A stretch of DNA of 64,000 nt from Eledone cirrhosa (GCA_964016885.1 OZ024754.1:8308001-8372000), one strand, 5' to 3'; shown: positions 27,419-44,542, counted from the first letter of the stretch. Numbers and translations: made by a program. The notes: a model not told the origin generated them from the letters alone.

Positions 27419-27431
27419 ATCAATATATATT

Positions 27432-27493
<62 letters not shown>

Positions 27494-27653
27494 AATCAAA
27501 AAGAACAGAAAGATGCAGTAAAAGAGATTTATTCGGTTCTAACGTACGTTTCAATAGACATCAATTTGCCTAGATCTCGCTGCAACTATAATATTATATA
27601 GTTAGTAGAGCATTCGACATCCAATGCACAATCGATTCCATATCATCACAGAT

Positions 27654-27718
<65 letters not shown>

Positions 27719-28051
27719 TATATGTAGATATATGTATATATAATATATAATATATATATAATATATATATGGAGAGAGAGATGTTCATATTAGGTTATCG
27801 ACGTAGATGAATTTACCGTCCTGTTGCTTTACTGACACATCTTATATATAATCATAGATTCACGTGATCTTGTTAGCTCTCATCTTCCAACTGCAGTTGT
27901 TTAGTGGAAAAATAAAGCTTTTCAAACATGCTAAACGTTTTCCACTTGAGATTTTTGGAATCAATATATGCACACTATTAAATGCTCGAATATAACATAC
28001 AAACACACACACACATGCACACACACACATATATATACACACACACGCACA

Positions 28052-28144
<93 letters not shown>

Positions 28145-28579
28145 CGTAATCACATTTGCTAGTGTACTTAAATAGATATGGAAGGCACTCCGTCGCTTAC
28201 GACAACGAGTGTTTCAGTTGATCCGATAAATGGAACAGCCTACTTCTGAAATTAACGTGCATTCCACAAACACGTGTACCCTTAACGTAGTCTCAGGGAG
28301 ATTCAGTGTGACACAGAGTGTAACAAGGCTGGCCCTTCGAATTACAGGTACAACTAATTTTTGCCAGCTGAATGAACTGGAGCAACGTGAAATAAAGTGT
28401 CTTGCTCAAGGATACAACTCGCCGTCGGGAATCGAACTCACGACCCTACGGTTGTAAGCCGAATTCCCTAACCACAAAGCTACACACATTCACACTAAAG
28501 AGATATAGGTACATATTAATTCACTGAAGAATCATTTCCCGTAACTGGTGCATCCAGGTGTTAGGTTGTTATTTTAGAA

Positions 28580-28790
28580 GTGTTGGCCGTCAGCAGTCGC
28601 CACAGGTCTCTGCCTGCTATCATACGCAAAAGGATCGTGGTGTTGTGACCCATCCAGTCCTTAATGTTACCAGACCAGGATGTTCTTTGGCTTTTCCTTG
28701 CTCTCATTTTACTATACTCTGAATCATAATTTTTGGCGGGGTGTCATGGCGAGATACTTGACCGTACTAGGCGAACTTCCGTCGTTTTAA
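28580..28790 (-). pseudogene. Degraded RTE-clade LINE C-terminal fragment
   Basis: KRRKFA*YGQVSRHDTPPKIMIQ / RKSQRTSWSGNIKDWMG...GRDLWRLL. Confidence 0.65.
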
Positions 28791-29045
28791 CTTCGCAGTG
28801 TGTGGTTCTTTCCTACCAGTATATTTCCTGAATTCCTGTCTGTAAAATTTGTTTGTCTTGTAGTGACTCGGTTACATATTCTCAAATGCTTGAAACTGTT
28901 CTGCCTCGGACATAAAAGCGATGTCACTGTGATAGCCACCAAATGTTATTTTGTGAGGAAGAAGTTACATAAATCCAAAAGATAAAACCCATTATATTTA
29001 TGCAAAAGACACACAAGACGAGAATATATCCCCACTTATAAATAA

Positions 29046-29235
29046 TTGTTTCTACTTTTGGCACAAGACCAGCAATTATTCCAGTGTATTACTGGTACTT
29101 TATTTTATCGACCCATGTAAGGATGAAAGGCAAAGTTAACCTCGGCGGGATTTGTACTCAGATCATAAAGGGGTGTAACTCTATGCTGCAAAGCATGGCG
29201 TCCGACCCTCTACCGATACTGCCAATCCTCCGCCC
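29046..29235 (-). mobile_element. SINE family 1
   Basis: Reverse complement of the consensus. Further copies lie at 31780-31957, 32997-33066, 40540-40783, 53095-53235, 59327-59397, 62836-62940 and 63148-63266. Confidence 0.85.
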
Positions 29236-30290
29236 TTATAAATACACACTTATAAATAATGATGGAAAATTCCAATAAAAACATTGATGTATTGCAAAAA
29301 CAAAACACTTCATATAATTATATGGTATAGGAAATAAAAGGTGTGAACTATTGGAGAGGTTGACTAACGGCTGGTATAAATATATTGTTGAATATTAAGG
29401 GGAAATAAAGTATCTATGGTAAGTATGTTGAACTGAAGCGTGAAATACAACTTTTGTATTTTTTATTTATAGGCATGTATTTATATGCTCATTAATTTGC
29501 TTAGAGTGTTTCTTTCTGAGAATATATATATATATGTGTGTAGGTGTGTGTGTGTGTGTACAAAGAGAGGAAGGAGGGGGTAGATAGAGAGACAGAAAAA
29601 AAATATATATATATATTATATACGCATACAGAGAGAGAGGGAGAGAGAGAGAGAATAATCATCGAAAATTGCTACTAAAAAAATAAAGAAATAAACCTAC
29701 CAGTTTTTTGAATTGATTATTAAATTGTCGGATCGATAGCTGAAATAAATATTTTAAAAAATGAATAATAAAGAAATTATCAAACAATTTACAAATGAAA
29801 ATACATAAATGGTAACATTAGACTTTATTGAGTTTTATTCTTTTGATTTTTGTACTGAAAAAGAAGTGATTTAATATATATTTGAAGATTTACAAAATAA
29901 AGATAATATATACTATAGACGAACTGAAAATGCATAAAAATAGAAATACAACGACCATTTTATAGTTAACTGCAGTTTTATTGTGTATGTGGTAAAGAAG
30001 TAAAGGTATTTGAGATGTGTTGAGGTATTATTTATTAATACTTTATTGTGCTCGCTGTTTATTTGTAGTAACTTTATTTCATCTTGGAGTTTGTGGTTGT
30101 TCGTAGTATTGGTAGTAAATGGGTGGATGTTACAGCTTTTATTTATACGGTATTTCTTGGTTCTGCTTTTTTAGTATCGGAATTTATTTTTTTATTTTTT
30201 TTTTTTTCACAAACCATAGTCATGTCTGTTTCTGTGTAGTTATACATATATAAATATATACACATAAATATATATATATATATACATAAA

Positions 30291-30462
30291 TATAAGGAAA
30301 AAAGATGAAATCGAAAATGCAAATGGAGTCTTTTTTTTTTTTAAATATATATATTTATTTGGTTCCTTTACCGGTTTTGCAGTTCTTCTGCTTTTCAAAA
30401 ATAGAGATGGAGGGTTTGTGGTTTTTCTCACATCTGTGAGAAAAACCACAAAGCCTCCATAC
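30291..30462 (-). mobile_element. Family B copy with mutated HHR and start of fold-back
   Basis: Homologous to 4581-4760. GAAA has become AAAA. Confidence 0.7.
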
Positions 30463-30519
30463 CCAAATTACTGGCCTTGTGCCAAAAGTAGAAACATTAT
30501 TATGAGTATAAAAAGAACG

Positions 30520-30880
30520 ATAGATTGGCATAATTGGTAGGGCGTCACACACAATGCTTTGTGATGTGAAGTTACGTCTCTTTACGTTCTTACAGGGTGC
30601 ACTGGCGTCGATTTAATCGACTTTCTCCTCCCCCAAAATTGCTGGCCTTGTGCCTATACTAGAAATCATTCTTACAGGGTCGATAAAATAAAATACCAGT
30701 AATGCACTGGGGTCGATTTAATCAACTTTCTCCTCCCCCGAAATTGCTAGCCTTGTGCCTATACTAGAAATCATTCTGACAGCGTCGATAAAATAAAATA
30801 CCAATAATGCACTGGGGTCGATTTAATCGACTTTCTCTTCCCTTCAAATTGCTGGCCTTGTGCCAAAACTAGAAACAATT
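30520..30880 (+). mobile_element. SINE family 1 with tandemly triplicated 3' segment
   Basis: GTCGATTTAATCRACTTTCTC...GCCTTGTGCC occurs three times. Confidence 0.75.
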
Positions 30881-31173
30881 ATTCTAGGCGTAAAAACCTA
30901 CATGGTAAATGTTATTTCCTTGCCTTTGTCTATACATAAAGACACTAGCCCTGCGGCGATAAACTTGTTTATAACTATGATAAACACAAACAGTACAAGC
31001 TTTCACTGCATAAGAAGAACCACACACTTCTCTTGAATGTTAATTTCCTGAGTCTCTCTGTCTAATTTTATATCTTCAATACATTAGACATTCCTTGCTA
31101 ACTTCTTATGTTATGAAAGAGAAACCAGAGGTTTGTTGGTCTCCCTCTCTCTATCTATCTATCTATCTATCTA

Positions 31174-31214
<41 letters not shown>

Positions 31215-31990
31215 GCGTAGGTGTGTGTGTGTATATATGTGAGTGGGTGTTTGTGTTTGTGTTTGTGTGTGCGTGTGTGCGTGTGCTTGCGTGTGTGTAT
31301 GTGTGTGTATATGTGTGCGTGTGTATGTGTGCGCGTGTGTATGTGTGTATGTGTGTGTATATGTGTGCGTGTGTGTATGTGTGTGTGTATGTGTGTGTAT
31401 ATGTGTGTGTGTATGTGTGTGTGTGTATGTGTGTGTATATGTGTGGGTGTGTATGTGTATGAATGTGCGTGTGTCTGTGTGTGTGGCTGTGTGTGTGTGA
31501 AGTCGAGATGCGGGCTTTAATACCGAGCATTGCTTAAGTACGTGTGCCTGCGTGTGTGTATGTGTGTGTGTGTATGTGTGTGTATATGTGTGCGTGTGTA
31601 TATGTGTGCGTGTGTATGTGTATGTGTGTGTGTATGTGCGTGTGTGGCTGTGTGTGTGAGGTCGAGGTGCGGGCTTTAATACCGAGCATTGCTTAAATAT
31701 TCTCAACATTATATAACAGTATTTTATCTATGAATTAACTACTGTTGGCCTTCAACCTAAAGCTGTAGATATATTAATAATTGTTTCTACTTTTGGCACA
31801 AGGCCAGTAATTACCCCAGTGTATTACTGGTACTTTATTTTATCGACTCCATAAGGATGAAAGGCAAAGTTAAACTTGGCGGGGTTTGAACTCAGAACGT
31901 AAAGGGACATAACTCTATGCTGCAAAGCATGGTGCCTGACGCTCTACCGACACTGCCAAGGTACTTTTCTGTATCTATAACTGTATGTAA

Positions 31991-32056
<66 letters not shown>

Positions 32057-32073
32057 TTATATATATATATATA

Positions 32074-32109
<36 letters not shown>

Positions 32110-32142
32110 CTTACATACATATATATATATATATATAGTTAT

Positions 32143-32214
<72 letters not shown>

Positions 32215-32396
32215 TTACATACAGTTATATATATATATATATTCTTACATACAGTTATATATATATATAGTAATAATAATATATTTGAAGACTAAAATCC
32301 AAAGAGGGCTCGATAAGGATAAATATATATCAGGAGATCCCGTTAAGGGTGAAAGCAGCGATTCTTTGCTTAAACTTTAATCTGTTATTTTAATAA

Positions 32397-32427
<31 letters not shown>

Positions 32428-32682
32428 TAACAAATGGAAACTATATTTATAAAACCATATTTATTTGTTGAGTGCTTTATATCAGTTATAAAAATATTTG
32501 CTTGTTATATCCCAACAAATTAAATATAACTTCTACATATATATATATATATATATATTTATGGCATAAATTCAGGCTGTTCGATTTGTTGACAAACAAA
32601 CGAACAAAGCAGGCGTTATAATAAACGTCGGCTAAACTGATGCGTGCATATATGTATGTGTACCTGTATGCATATGTGTATA

Positions 32683-32742
<60 letters not shown>

Positions 32743-32795
32743 TGCTACTGTACGTCTGTATACATATATGTATGTACGTATACATACATACTTAC

Positions 32796-32939
<144 letters not shown>

Positions 32940-33898
32940 TCTTACATACATTTTTTCTTACATAACTCAAACCAACCAAATAATAATAATAATAATTGTT
33001 TCTACGTTTGACACAAGGCCAGCAAATACCCAGTGCATTACTGGTACTTTATTTTATCGACCCCGTAATAATAATAATAAATGAATGAACCAAACCGACA
33101 CTACCAAAGAGACACCATACACCATACAGTTACTCGGTTACAAAACAATATTATGTTTAACACATTAAACGACATCGAATACAAGCAATAACCGCCGTCA
33201 TATACTTCATATTAAATCAATAAAAAGCTGAAACTTTCAACAAAATGTTATATCTAGACTAAAATTATAACACATCAAAGAAGACAGTAACATGATAAAA
33301 GAAAAGTTCAACCATTTAACCAACTATATATAAATACGACGACGACGTACAACGTCAGGCCACAATCACCCTGTGTGCATATGTATGTAGACAAGCATGA
33401 GTTTATGTATATATGTGCATAGGACTGTGTATATGTATGTATATTCATGTATGTTAATAGAATTTCTTATTGCATTCGTTGCATCTCCTTGCACGTACTC
33501 CTGAGTTCGAATCCCACCAATGGCAACTTTTCATTTCATCCTTTCAAGGTCAATTCTTCTTCTCTATCTCTTTCTCACTTCCTTTCCATCATTCTCTTTC
33601 TCTCTCTATCTCGCTCTCTCTCTCTTTCTCTCCTCTCTCTTTCACACACACACTTCCTCTCCATCACTCCCTTTCTATATCGCTATCTCTCTCTATCCCT
33701 CTATATATATCTATCTATCTATCTATCTATCTCACTTCCTCTCCATCGCTCACTTTCTCTCCTCTCTCTCTTTCTCTCTCTTTCACTTCCCCGCCATCAC
33801 TCTCTCTCTCTAACTTCTTCTCAGTCGCTCCCTTTCTCTCCTCTCTTTTTCATTTTCTCTCCATCACTCTCTCTCCTCTCTCACTTCCTCGTTCTCTC

Positions 33899-33956
<58 letters not shown>

Positions 33957-34139
33957 ACTGAGCTGTATTCACATTTGATGAGAGAAATGGGCTCTGCCAG
34001 GTTTAAAGTGCTTAAGACACTCTCAATATGACGCCCCTTTGACGATGCCCTTTGATTCCCTGATGAGCTCCGGGTTCATCCATACAAGTTGAGAAGCTGA
34101 TAGTCTCGTAGACAGAGAGAAAAACGGAGAGATAAGATG

Positions 34140-34338
34140 TCTCGCTAGTTCGAGATGTTACTATAGCTGTAATACAGAAGCGATAATGTGATAAAGAGAA
34201 AGAGCGAGAGCTAAGAAGTCTCGCTAGTTCGAGATGTTACTATAGCTGTAATACAGAAGCGATAATGTGATAAAGAGAAAGAGCGAGAGCTAAGAAGTCT
34301 CGCTAGTTCGAGATGTTACTATAGCTGTAATACAGAAG
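34140..34338. repeat. 79-bp tandem repeat, about 2.5 copies
   Basis: CTCGCTAGTTCGAGATG at 34141, 34220 and 34299. Confidence 0.92.
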
Positions 34339-34453
34339 TGATATGCAATGGTGTATATCGATGTTATTTCCAGTTCACTGTTTAGATTTGTTTTTACTGG
34401 AGCAATTGATAGTATCTAATGCTATATGCATACAATCACATACAATTATACAC

Positions 34454-34791
<338 letters not shown>

Positions 34792-35318
34792 GTATAGAAA
34801 TTATTGTGAGCGTGAAGCCAACAGTATTTCATAATATATAAGTGACTATAACGTCAAAATGGAAAAATAATTAACGTAAGATGTGGGAAAATAATTCAAA
34901 CTCAATTCCAAAAAAAAAATCAAGACGTAGATTTATCCACATAATTTTGTGAAATTCAGGGAAAAATCAATAGAGCCTTAACTCTGGATAAAATAAAGTT
35001 TAAATACTCATCCTTCAATTTGGAAAAACTACAAGTGCTCTATATAGTCTTAAAAGACAATTTCACGAAACTTTCAGTGGGGATGGTCACGGTTGGAGTC
35101 GTTAATCAGTAGAGCTCAAACACGATAACCCTAGTACAACTGTTAGAATATGCCAAAAAGGGAATTTAAAAGCAGGCTAGTTCATCTCATGCGTAATTAT
35201 GAAAATAAACACACATGGAGAGACATGGCTGGTGACGTATGTGTATGTATATAGATATATATATGTATATATATATATATGTGTGTGCGTGTGTATATAC
35301 GTAGTTATATGTGTGTGA

Positions 35319-35396
<78 letters not shown>

Positions 35397-35581
35397 ATGT
35401 ATGTGTGTATATATATATAAATACATATATATATGTATATATATATATACATATGCATATATATATGTATATATATATGTATATATATACATATATATGT
35501 GTATATTTATATATATATACATATGTATATGTGTAGATATTTTTATATACATATGTATATATACGTATATATATATATATG

Positions 35582-35615
<34 letters not shown>

Positions 35616-35656
35616 CATATATATATATGTATATATATATATACATATATATATGC

Positions 35657-35721
<65 letters not shown>

Positions 35722-35727
35722 CATATA

Positions 35728-35761
<34 letters not shown>

Positions 35762-35890
35762 AATATGTGTGTGTGTGTGTGTCTGAGTGTATATATATAT
35801 ATTTAAAGATTAAACAAGGTTCAATGACTAAATCAATGAATAAAGTTTTACAATAGATTAGGGTATGTCAAGGTATGTCAAGCATCATAT

Positions 35891-35957
35891 TATTTTATCT
35901 GATGAGGACGTACTGTTGAAGATAACTCAGTACCTCTGAAATATGTATAATAAAATA
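35891..35957 (+). ncRNA. Type I HHR, family C-related subfamily
   Basis: TATTTTAT-CTGATGA-GGAcGTACTG...CAGTACcTCT-GAAA-TATGTA-TA-ATAAAATA. Confidence 0.72.
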
Positions 35958-36338
35958 TACTTGATCACACGAATGTCTATATTTGTTAATATTTTGAATT
36001 AATATATATATATTGTTGTTATATAGTAAAGTGCATTATTGGTTGTGTAAAATGTCCAATAACTTTATGTTAGCCATATTAAGTTCTCCACGCTTATGAG
36101 GGAATGAATTCTGTGAGAGAACATCGTTATTATTTTTTCTCCCTCATATCAAGAATTTGAAGACAATTCATTTTCACCTGATGAGATCAGTGATAATCGA
36201 TCATGGCTTCACAATCTATCCATCTCTTATTGAAACATGATTGGAATTTTACCTTGCCTTCGGATTTTCATTTTTCATCTATCTATCTCTTATTGAAACA
36301 TGATTGGAATTTTACCTTGCCTTCGGATTTTCATTTTG

Positions 36339-36429
<91 letters not shown>

Positions 36430-37213
36430 TGTGTGTGTGTGTGTGTGTGTGTAAGTATGTGCTTTAGGTATATAAGTGATCACGTGTGTAAATGGTATGT
36501 TGTGATTGTCGTTATTCATTATATTTTGTACAGGTTATTAAATTGTTTATATAAAATAAATGCTTTTACAAAATGTATTCATGTACGAACGTATATACAG
36601 TATGCATATTGATAACCCAGAACGACATACTGAAATTCAATCCGCCATATGCATTTTACATTATTTATAGATCAATTTTAAAAGCATATATATGTACATA
36701 TGAAATTGAAGCCTAAACTTTTAATATATGTTATTTTCAAGACAGAATATTCTATTTACAATGTTTCCTACAAGTATAAAGTGAACACAACTTGCATATA
36801 TATCATTACAGTGAGAATTAAATTCGACATTTTATTGGAAATTCTACCCGTATTATGTTTAACAAATTTTATGGGTATCCTTTAAAGCAATCATTTGACT
36901 GAGATTGTTTCGTTCTTTAGTAAAACATCGTTGATATATGTTTTAATGGCTGTCGTAACTTTATCAGGCGAGGTATGGAATTTCTTTCACTTTATTTCAC
37001 CATTTATGATAGTTTACAACAAGAAATATTGTTTAAAATGACTGCTCCTTACATATGTAAACAACCATGTATAAACGCAACCACACAAACACATTCGCAC
37101 ATACACACACAGAGACATTTACACAAATATACATGCTCATACACAAACACACAGTAACATTCAGATAAACACACAAACACACATACATAGAGACATTCTC
37201 ACAAACACACATG

Positions 37214-37245
<32 letters not shown>

Positions 37246-37584
37246 CACATACAAACGCACATGCACACATGCACACAAAGAGACATCCACACAAACACAC
37301 ATGCACATGCACACACACACACATACACACATACAAACACACACGCACACAAAGAGACATCCGCACAAAAACACATGCACACTCACACACACGCATACAC
37401 AGAGACATTCACCCAAACACACATGCACACCCACACACACACAAATATACATGCACACTCACACACACGCATACACAGAGACATTCACCCAAACACACAT
37501 GCACACCCACACACACACACAAATATACATGCACACACGCATACACACGCAGAAAGAGACATTCACACCAATACATTAGTATAG

Positions 37585-37790
37585 TCATTCCAACTCGTGG
37601 AGTTCGCCCTCGCCAGTGACCAACTCTGCCCCGATGGTGGTGAGTGAGGATGTGGTTCGGGGCCCAACAACGCCAGACGTCTCTGCTGCTAGAGTTTTGA
37701 ACAGAAACCAACCAGAGAGCGACCGTTACTTCGACTGTTTGCCCCTCTTCGGCCTGACGAGCTACGAAACCCTGTGTTTGTCGCCTAACA
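37585..37790 (-). pseudogene. CRE-like non-LTR retrotransposon RLE-domain fragment
   Basis: GFVARQAEE/KQSK*RSLSGWFLFKTLAAETSGVVGPRTTSSLTTIGAEL, homologous to 54940-55265. Confidence 0.65.
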
Positions 37791-38594
37791 CAGTATTTAA
37801 GAAAGGAATACAAACAAAATGTGCTCACATATATTTTCCTATTGTGTGTGTGACAGCTCACACCTATGCAGGTTTAGCTGGCCTCCTCCAAGGTATATCT
37901 CGTTGAAGGTGTCTTGAGTGATTTAATGATAGGGACTCCAGTCCTATCATCTCATTTCTACAGCTGAGTAAACTGGAGCAACGTGAAATAAAGTGTCTTG
38001 CTCAAGGAAACAACACATCACAACCTTTCAATTGTACGCCCAATGCTCTAACCACTAAGCCATGCGCCTTCATATTTTCCTATTGGCCGAGAAGATACGA
38101 TTTTCCGAGTAGTTAAAAATATATCATAGGATATATTCAAGATAAGACATATATTCGGTGTGTTAGGTAGGACGAGAATGCGCTACGATTGGATTACATT
38201 AAAAATATATTAACCGAATCAAGATTGCGTGACATTAAATCATTTTCTACTTTTACGAGGGATTGATTCTGTAAATGAAATGGTTGGCAATCGTGATCAA
38301 ACTTCCATAGCGGAATTAGTTTATCAGAAAGTAAGGTTAATACCATTTCCCTTCCATTCTATTCTGCTCAACAGAAAGAGATTTCATTCTATGTAAATGT
38401 ATTGTCCTCAATTCATTCCTGTATAGATTCTCGTTGGTATTTATATCGGAATGTCGTACCGACTTAAGAACATTCTGAATGCCCGAGCTATTCAATTTTA
38501 GATTAGGAATAATTACACTAAATTGTATTCCTTTAAGTAAAATGGATGAACTTTCTTAGAGAAAGTCTTTTCAGTCAGCATAAAGTACAAAGAG

Positions 38595-39680
38595 GCACAC
38601 AGATACACACAGATACATATATACACTCAAACACCCACAGAAACACACAGACACACAGATACACATATACACTCAAACACCCACAGAAACACACAGACAC
38701 ACACAGATACACATATACACTCAAGCACACACAGATACACAGACACACTCAAACACCCACAGACACACAGGCACCCACAGAAACACACAGACACACACAG
38801 ACACACAGGCACACACAGACACCCACAGATACACAGATACACTCAAACACCCACAGATACACAGACACCCACAGACACACACAGATACACAGATACACTC
38901 AAACACACACATATACACATACACACTCAAACACCCACAGACACCCACAGACACACACAAACACCCACAGACACACACAGACACACACAGACACCCACAG
39001 ATACACACAGATACACAGAGACACTCAAACACACACAGATACACATACACACACACACACAGATACACAGACACACTCAAACACCCACAGATACACAGAC
39101 ACACACAGACACACAAACACCCTCAGATACACACACAGAGACCCATTAATACTTTAAGGTACACACAGACACGCAAAGACGCAAAGCACACACCCACACA
39201 CAAATACACACAGAGACACCCCCCCCCCCCACACACACACACACACACAAATACACACACAGACACACCCACACACACAAATACACACACAGACACACAC
39301 ACACAAGGCCCACCAAGACATGCAAAAGCACGTACAGAAACACATACAGAAACAAAGTCCCACACACAAACCCACACACACACACACACAAATACACACA
39401 CAGACACACCCAAAAATACACACACCCACACACACACAAATACACACACACACACACACACACAATCACACACACACACACACACACACACCAATACACA
39501 CACACACACACAAGGCCCACACAGTGACACCAAGACATGCAAAAGCACGTACAGAAACACATACAGAAACAAAGTCCCACACACAAACACACGCACACAC
39601 TCACAAAGTACACACACACACAAATACACGAACACACACACAAACACACACACACACACGAACACACACACACACACATC
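38595..39680. repeat. (CA)-derived compound minisatellite
   Basis: CACACAGA/TACAC variants with an internal ~70-bp duplication (about 39303 and 39510). Confidence 0.9.
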
Positions 39681-39821
39681 TAGACTTATATGAGAAGCCA
39701 TTGCAGCAAACGCATTTTTCTCAATACAGTAGAGGAAATGATAATGGAGTCTTCTCAATGAAAGATGTTCTCTTTAAAGTAACTGACAATCATTATATTT
39801 CAAGGCAATCATTATATTTCA

Positions 39822-40290
39822 GGCGGTGAATTGGCAGTATCGGTAGAGGGTTGGACGCCATGCTTTCTAGCATAGTTACGTCCCTTTACATTCTGAGTTC
39901 AAATCCCGCCGAGGTTAACTTTGCCTTTCATCCTTACGGGGTCGATAAAATAAAGTACCAGTAATGTACTGGGTAATTGCTGGCCTTGTGCCTAAAGTAG
40001 AAACAATTATATTTCAAGGCAGTGGATTGGCAGTATCGGTAGAGGGTCGGACGCCATGCTTTGACGCATAGAGTTACGGCCCTTGCCATTCTGAGTTCAA
40101 ATCCCGCCGAGGTTAACTTTGCCTTTCATCCTTACGGGGTCGATAAAATGAAGTACCAGTAATACACTGGGTAATTGCTGGCCTTGTGCCTAACGTAGAA
40201 ACAATTATATTTCATGGGATCGATAAGATAAAGTACCAGTAATGCACTGGGGTAATTGCTGGCCTTGTACCAAAAGTAGAAACAATTATG
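39822..40290 (+). mobile_element. Tandem SINE family 1 array (2 full copies plus 1 partial)
   Basis: Repeated heads, bodies and ATTATATTTCA junctions. Confidence 0.85.
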
Positions 40291-40319
40291 TTTCATATCG
40301 ACAGAACATATATATATAC

Positions 40320-40354
<35 letters not shown>

Positions 40355-41645
40355 CATATATATATGTACATTATATATACACTATATATATATATATATA
40401 ATCTACACACACACATAATCTACATAAGCACGCATATTCAACACACACATACACAAACATATATATATGTGTGTGTGTCTGTGTGTGTAATGTATATATA
40501 TATATATATATATATATAAATGAAAATAGAGAAATTAATTGTTTCTACTTTAGGCACAAGGCCAGCAATTACCAGTGCATTACTGGTACTTTATTTTATC
40601 GACCCCGTAAGGATGAAAGGCAAAGTCAACCTCGGCGGGATTAATAGAGAAATTAATTGTTTCTACTTTAGGCACAAGGCCAGCAATAACCCAGTGCATT
40701 ACTGGTACTTTATTTTATCGACCCCGTAAGGATGAAAGGCAAAGTCAACCTCGGCGGGATTGACTTTGCCTTTCATCCTTACGGATGAAATTAATGTGAG
40801 AAAGAAGTCAACAGTATTTCATCATATATAAGTGACTATAACGTCAAGATGGAAAATATTTAACGTAAGATACGGGAAAATAATTAAAACTCAAGTAAAG
40901 AAAAAATATATATATCTATATATATATATATTATTTATGTGGTACAGATATAGTTGTATGCGATTTTCGGTAGATAACAGTATAGTTTACACTAATTATT
41001 CTCCCTGTCTCCCCTCTAACCTCTGTACGACCTGAAAGTCTGATATATCAAGATATAGTCATACATCTTCTGCCTTCTCTACAATTCAATTTACCAATCT
41101 TTTTATTGGTTCCGCCAGTGTCTTATTTCGTTTTCTTTTACGCCAACTCATCAAAGAGATAATAGGATATATTTTGTACCCGTTTATCTGGAGAGCGGGG
41201 TGGTGGTGGTGGTGGTGGTGGTGGTGGTGGTGGTGCTCTACATGGCTGAATACAATAAATGTAATCTGAGTTTTTCGAATATTAATAACATTCGATTCGT
41301 TTGCAATTTTGCTGATCAGTGGAACTGCTAATATGCAGATCTGACTGATCAGTCAGTCTGCTAATATGCAGAGATTGGTGGTGGGTGATGGTGGTGGTGG
41401 TGGTGGGTGTGGTGGTGATGGTGGTGGTGTTGGTGGTGGGTGGTGTTGGTGGTGGTGGTGGGTGTGGTGGTTTTGGTGGTGATGGTGGTGGTGTTGGTGG
41501 TGGGTGGTGGTGGGTGGTGTGGAGTTGTGCTGATGTTGTTGTTGCTGTTACTTTGTATGCCTGCACACACACATATATATGTGTATATATATATATATAT
41601 ATATACATATGTGTGTGTCTGTGTGTATATACATATATATATATA

Positions 41646-41900
41646 TGCAAAAGTTTTATTTAAAATTGTTGGGTTACAACAAGTAAATATTTTATAACTG
41701 ATATAAAGCACTCGACAAGTTTTGGGAGTAGATATACGATATTAAACAAATGGAAACTATATTTATAAAACCATATTTATTTCATTATACATATTTCAGG
41801 GATACCATATTAAAAATATGGCATGCCTTCGTCAGATAAAATACAATATATAACCAGTTTTATAAATAATTTTGACGTACCATAAATATAGCGACCATTA
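41646..41900 (-). mobile_element. Family C copy with HHR at 41778-41843
   Basis: Minus strand: TATTTTAT-CTGACGA-AGGcATGCCAT...ATGGTATcCCT-GAAA-TATGTA-TA-ATGAAATA. Confidence 0.8.
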
Positions 41901-41987
41901 AGGTAGGAGGCTGGCTTGGTAGTGAAGTGTTTATAAATATTTAGTGTTAATCACAGTTACAAATAAATATATATATATATATATATA

Positions 41988-42784
<797 letters not shown>

Positions 42785-43648
42785 TTTAATTAGTACAATA
42801 ATTTAATTACAAAGTTTCAGCGTGATTAACAACCAACTAATCAATGAACCATAAGCTGATATTCTGATTGAAAAAAAACTTAGAAAATATACGAGATAAT
42901 GCGGCGCCATATTGAAAACCCAGCTCATATAATTCTGGTGAATGTTTGTGGATACACATTGTACTGCAGGGAGGGTTATATCTTTTTATCGTTCTGTTTA
43001 TCTGTTTAGATTTATATTTTGATGGGTTCAGGGTTTATCTATCTTAGTCTGTTACATAAATCCTGGAACACACTCAATATCTGATGTTAAAATCCTGACT
43101 CTTAATAGATGCTTTATGCATTCGGCTTTTGACAGATTACGATTTTTTTTTTTTTTTTCAAGAACTAAATACACAGACAGATACTTTTTGTTACTTTCAC
43201 CTTAATAAAAACAGTAAATCATTGGGTCCCCTTTACAACTCGGGTGTCCAAAAAATACTTTTACAAAAATGAGTGATTCAGTCGAATGATATATTATATA
43301 TATTTTTTTTTTTTTCGTTCGTATTCGTAACCTGTTATTATTGCTAAAACTTATATTTTCGTGGAAAACGTACAGGGAATGAATATTGGATTGGTTGAAA
43401 AGGTTAGCATGACATATGTATCATGATATTTTTATCTTTCTTGGCTTCGGGTTAGGTCCTATTGACGGTAACTTCGGTATGTTCCATTCTAATATAGACA
43501 CAGTCTTATATCAAGGATATATCGCTATTGAGATCTGTGCTATGTTAACCCTATCAATCAAACCAGGGTGAGTTGAATATGTGAATATGTGGAATGTAAC
43601 TCAAGCAAAATATACAGAAGTCCATTGTATGTAACTATGTGTGAATGC

Positions 43649-43703
<55 letters not shown>

Positions 43704-43774
43704 AGAGGCTATAAAAATGTTAATTTACATGAAAATTTCGTATATGATTTAATATACAAACCCAATCACACATA

Positions 43775-43851
<77 letters not shown>

Positions 43852-43968
43852 TAGTATAGTATAGTTAAATGGAGTTATAGGGAAAATATTCCCTATATCC
43901 TCGGTTGCTCTCATTATTCACTCATGAAACAGGATTTGAACGTACGACCGTGCAAAGTTCTATCCAAC

Positions 43969-44059
<91 letters not shown>

Positions 44060-44197
44060 ATAAACATTGTTATCTCTGATCGAGATGAAGCGAGAGTATG
44101 TTGGAATTATACAAAAATGAGAAAACTCATCGCTAGACGAGATCAGTATAAGATTATCGTGTCCGCCCTAATTATACTGAAGTAGCCAGCTAGCTGG

Positions 44198-44303
44198 ATT
44201 TAAAAAGAATAAGACTTCTATCTTTAAAAAGAATAAGACTTCTATCTTTAAAAAGAATAAGACTTCTATCTTTAAAAAGAATAAGACTTCTATCTTTAAA
44301 AAG
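44198..44303. repeat. 24-bp minisatellite, 4+ copies
   Basis: TTTAAAAAGAATAAGACTTCTATC repeated. Confidence 0.95.
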
Positions 44304-44542
44304 ATGGCAGCCATATTTTGAAGTGCAATTTGCACAAATAAAACATTAAGACGACGACTGCGTTAAAAACAGTAAACGATTCATAGTTTTCTAGGTCGGA
44401 TCTAACAATCGGCTCCTTTCCTTTTATATCAATGCTGCGGATTTAATGAGGCTTTTAATGAGGGTTTTGAGGAGGGTTTTAATGAGAGTGGTAATGAGCG
44501 TGATAGTGACGGTGGGAAATGTTGGCATTGATTGTGTATATA

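Noticed and set aside
37751-37785. GGC-CTGACGA-GctaC-GAAAC...GTC-GCC hammerhead-like match
   Set aside because: It is antisense to CRE-like coding sequence (GFVARQAEE), stems II and III are marginal, and it is absent from the homologous copy at about 60740. Probably chance.
41385-41520. Gly/Val- or His/Pro-rich ORFs
   Set aside because: They come from a degenerate (GGT)n microsatellite.
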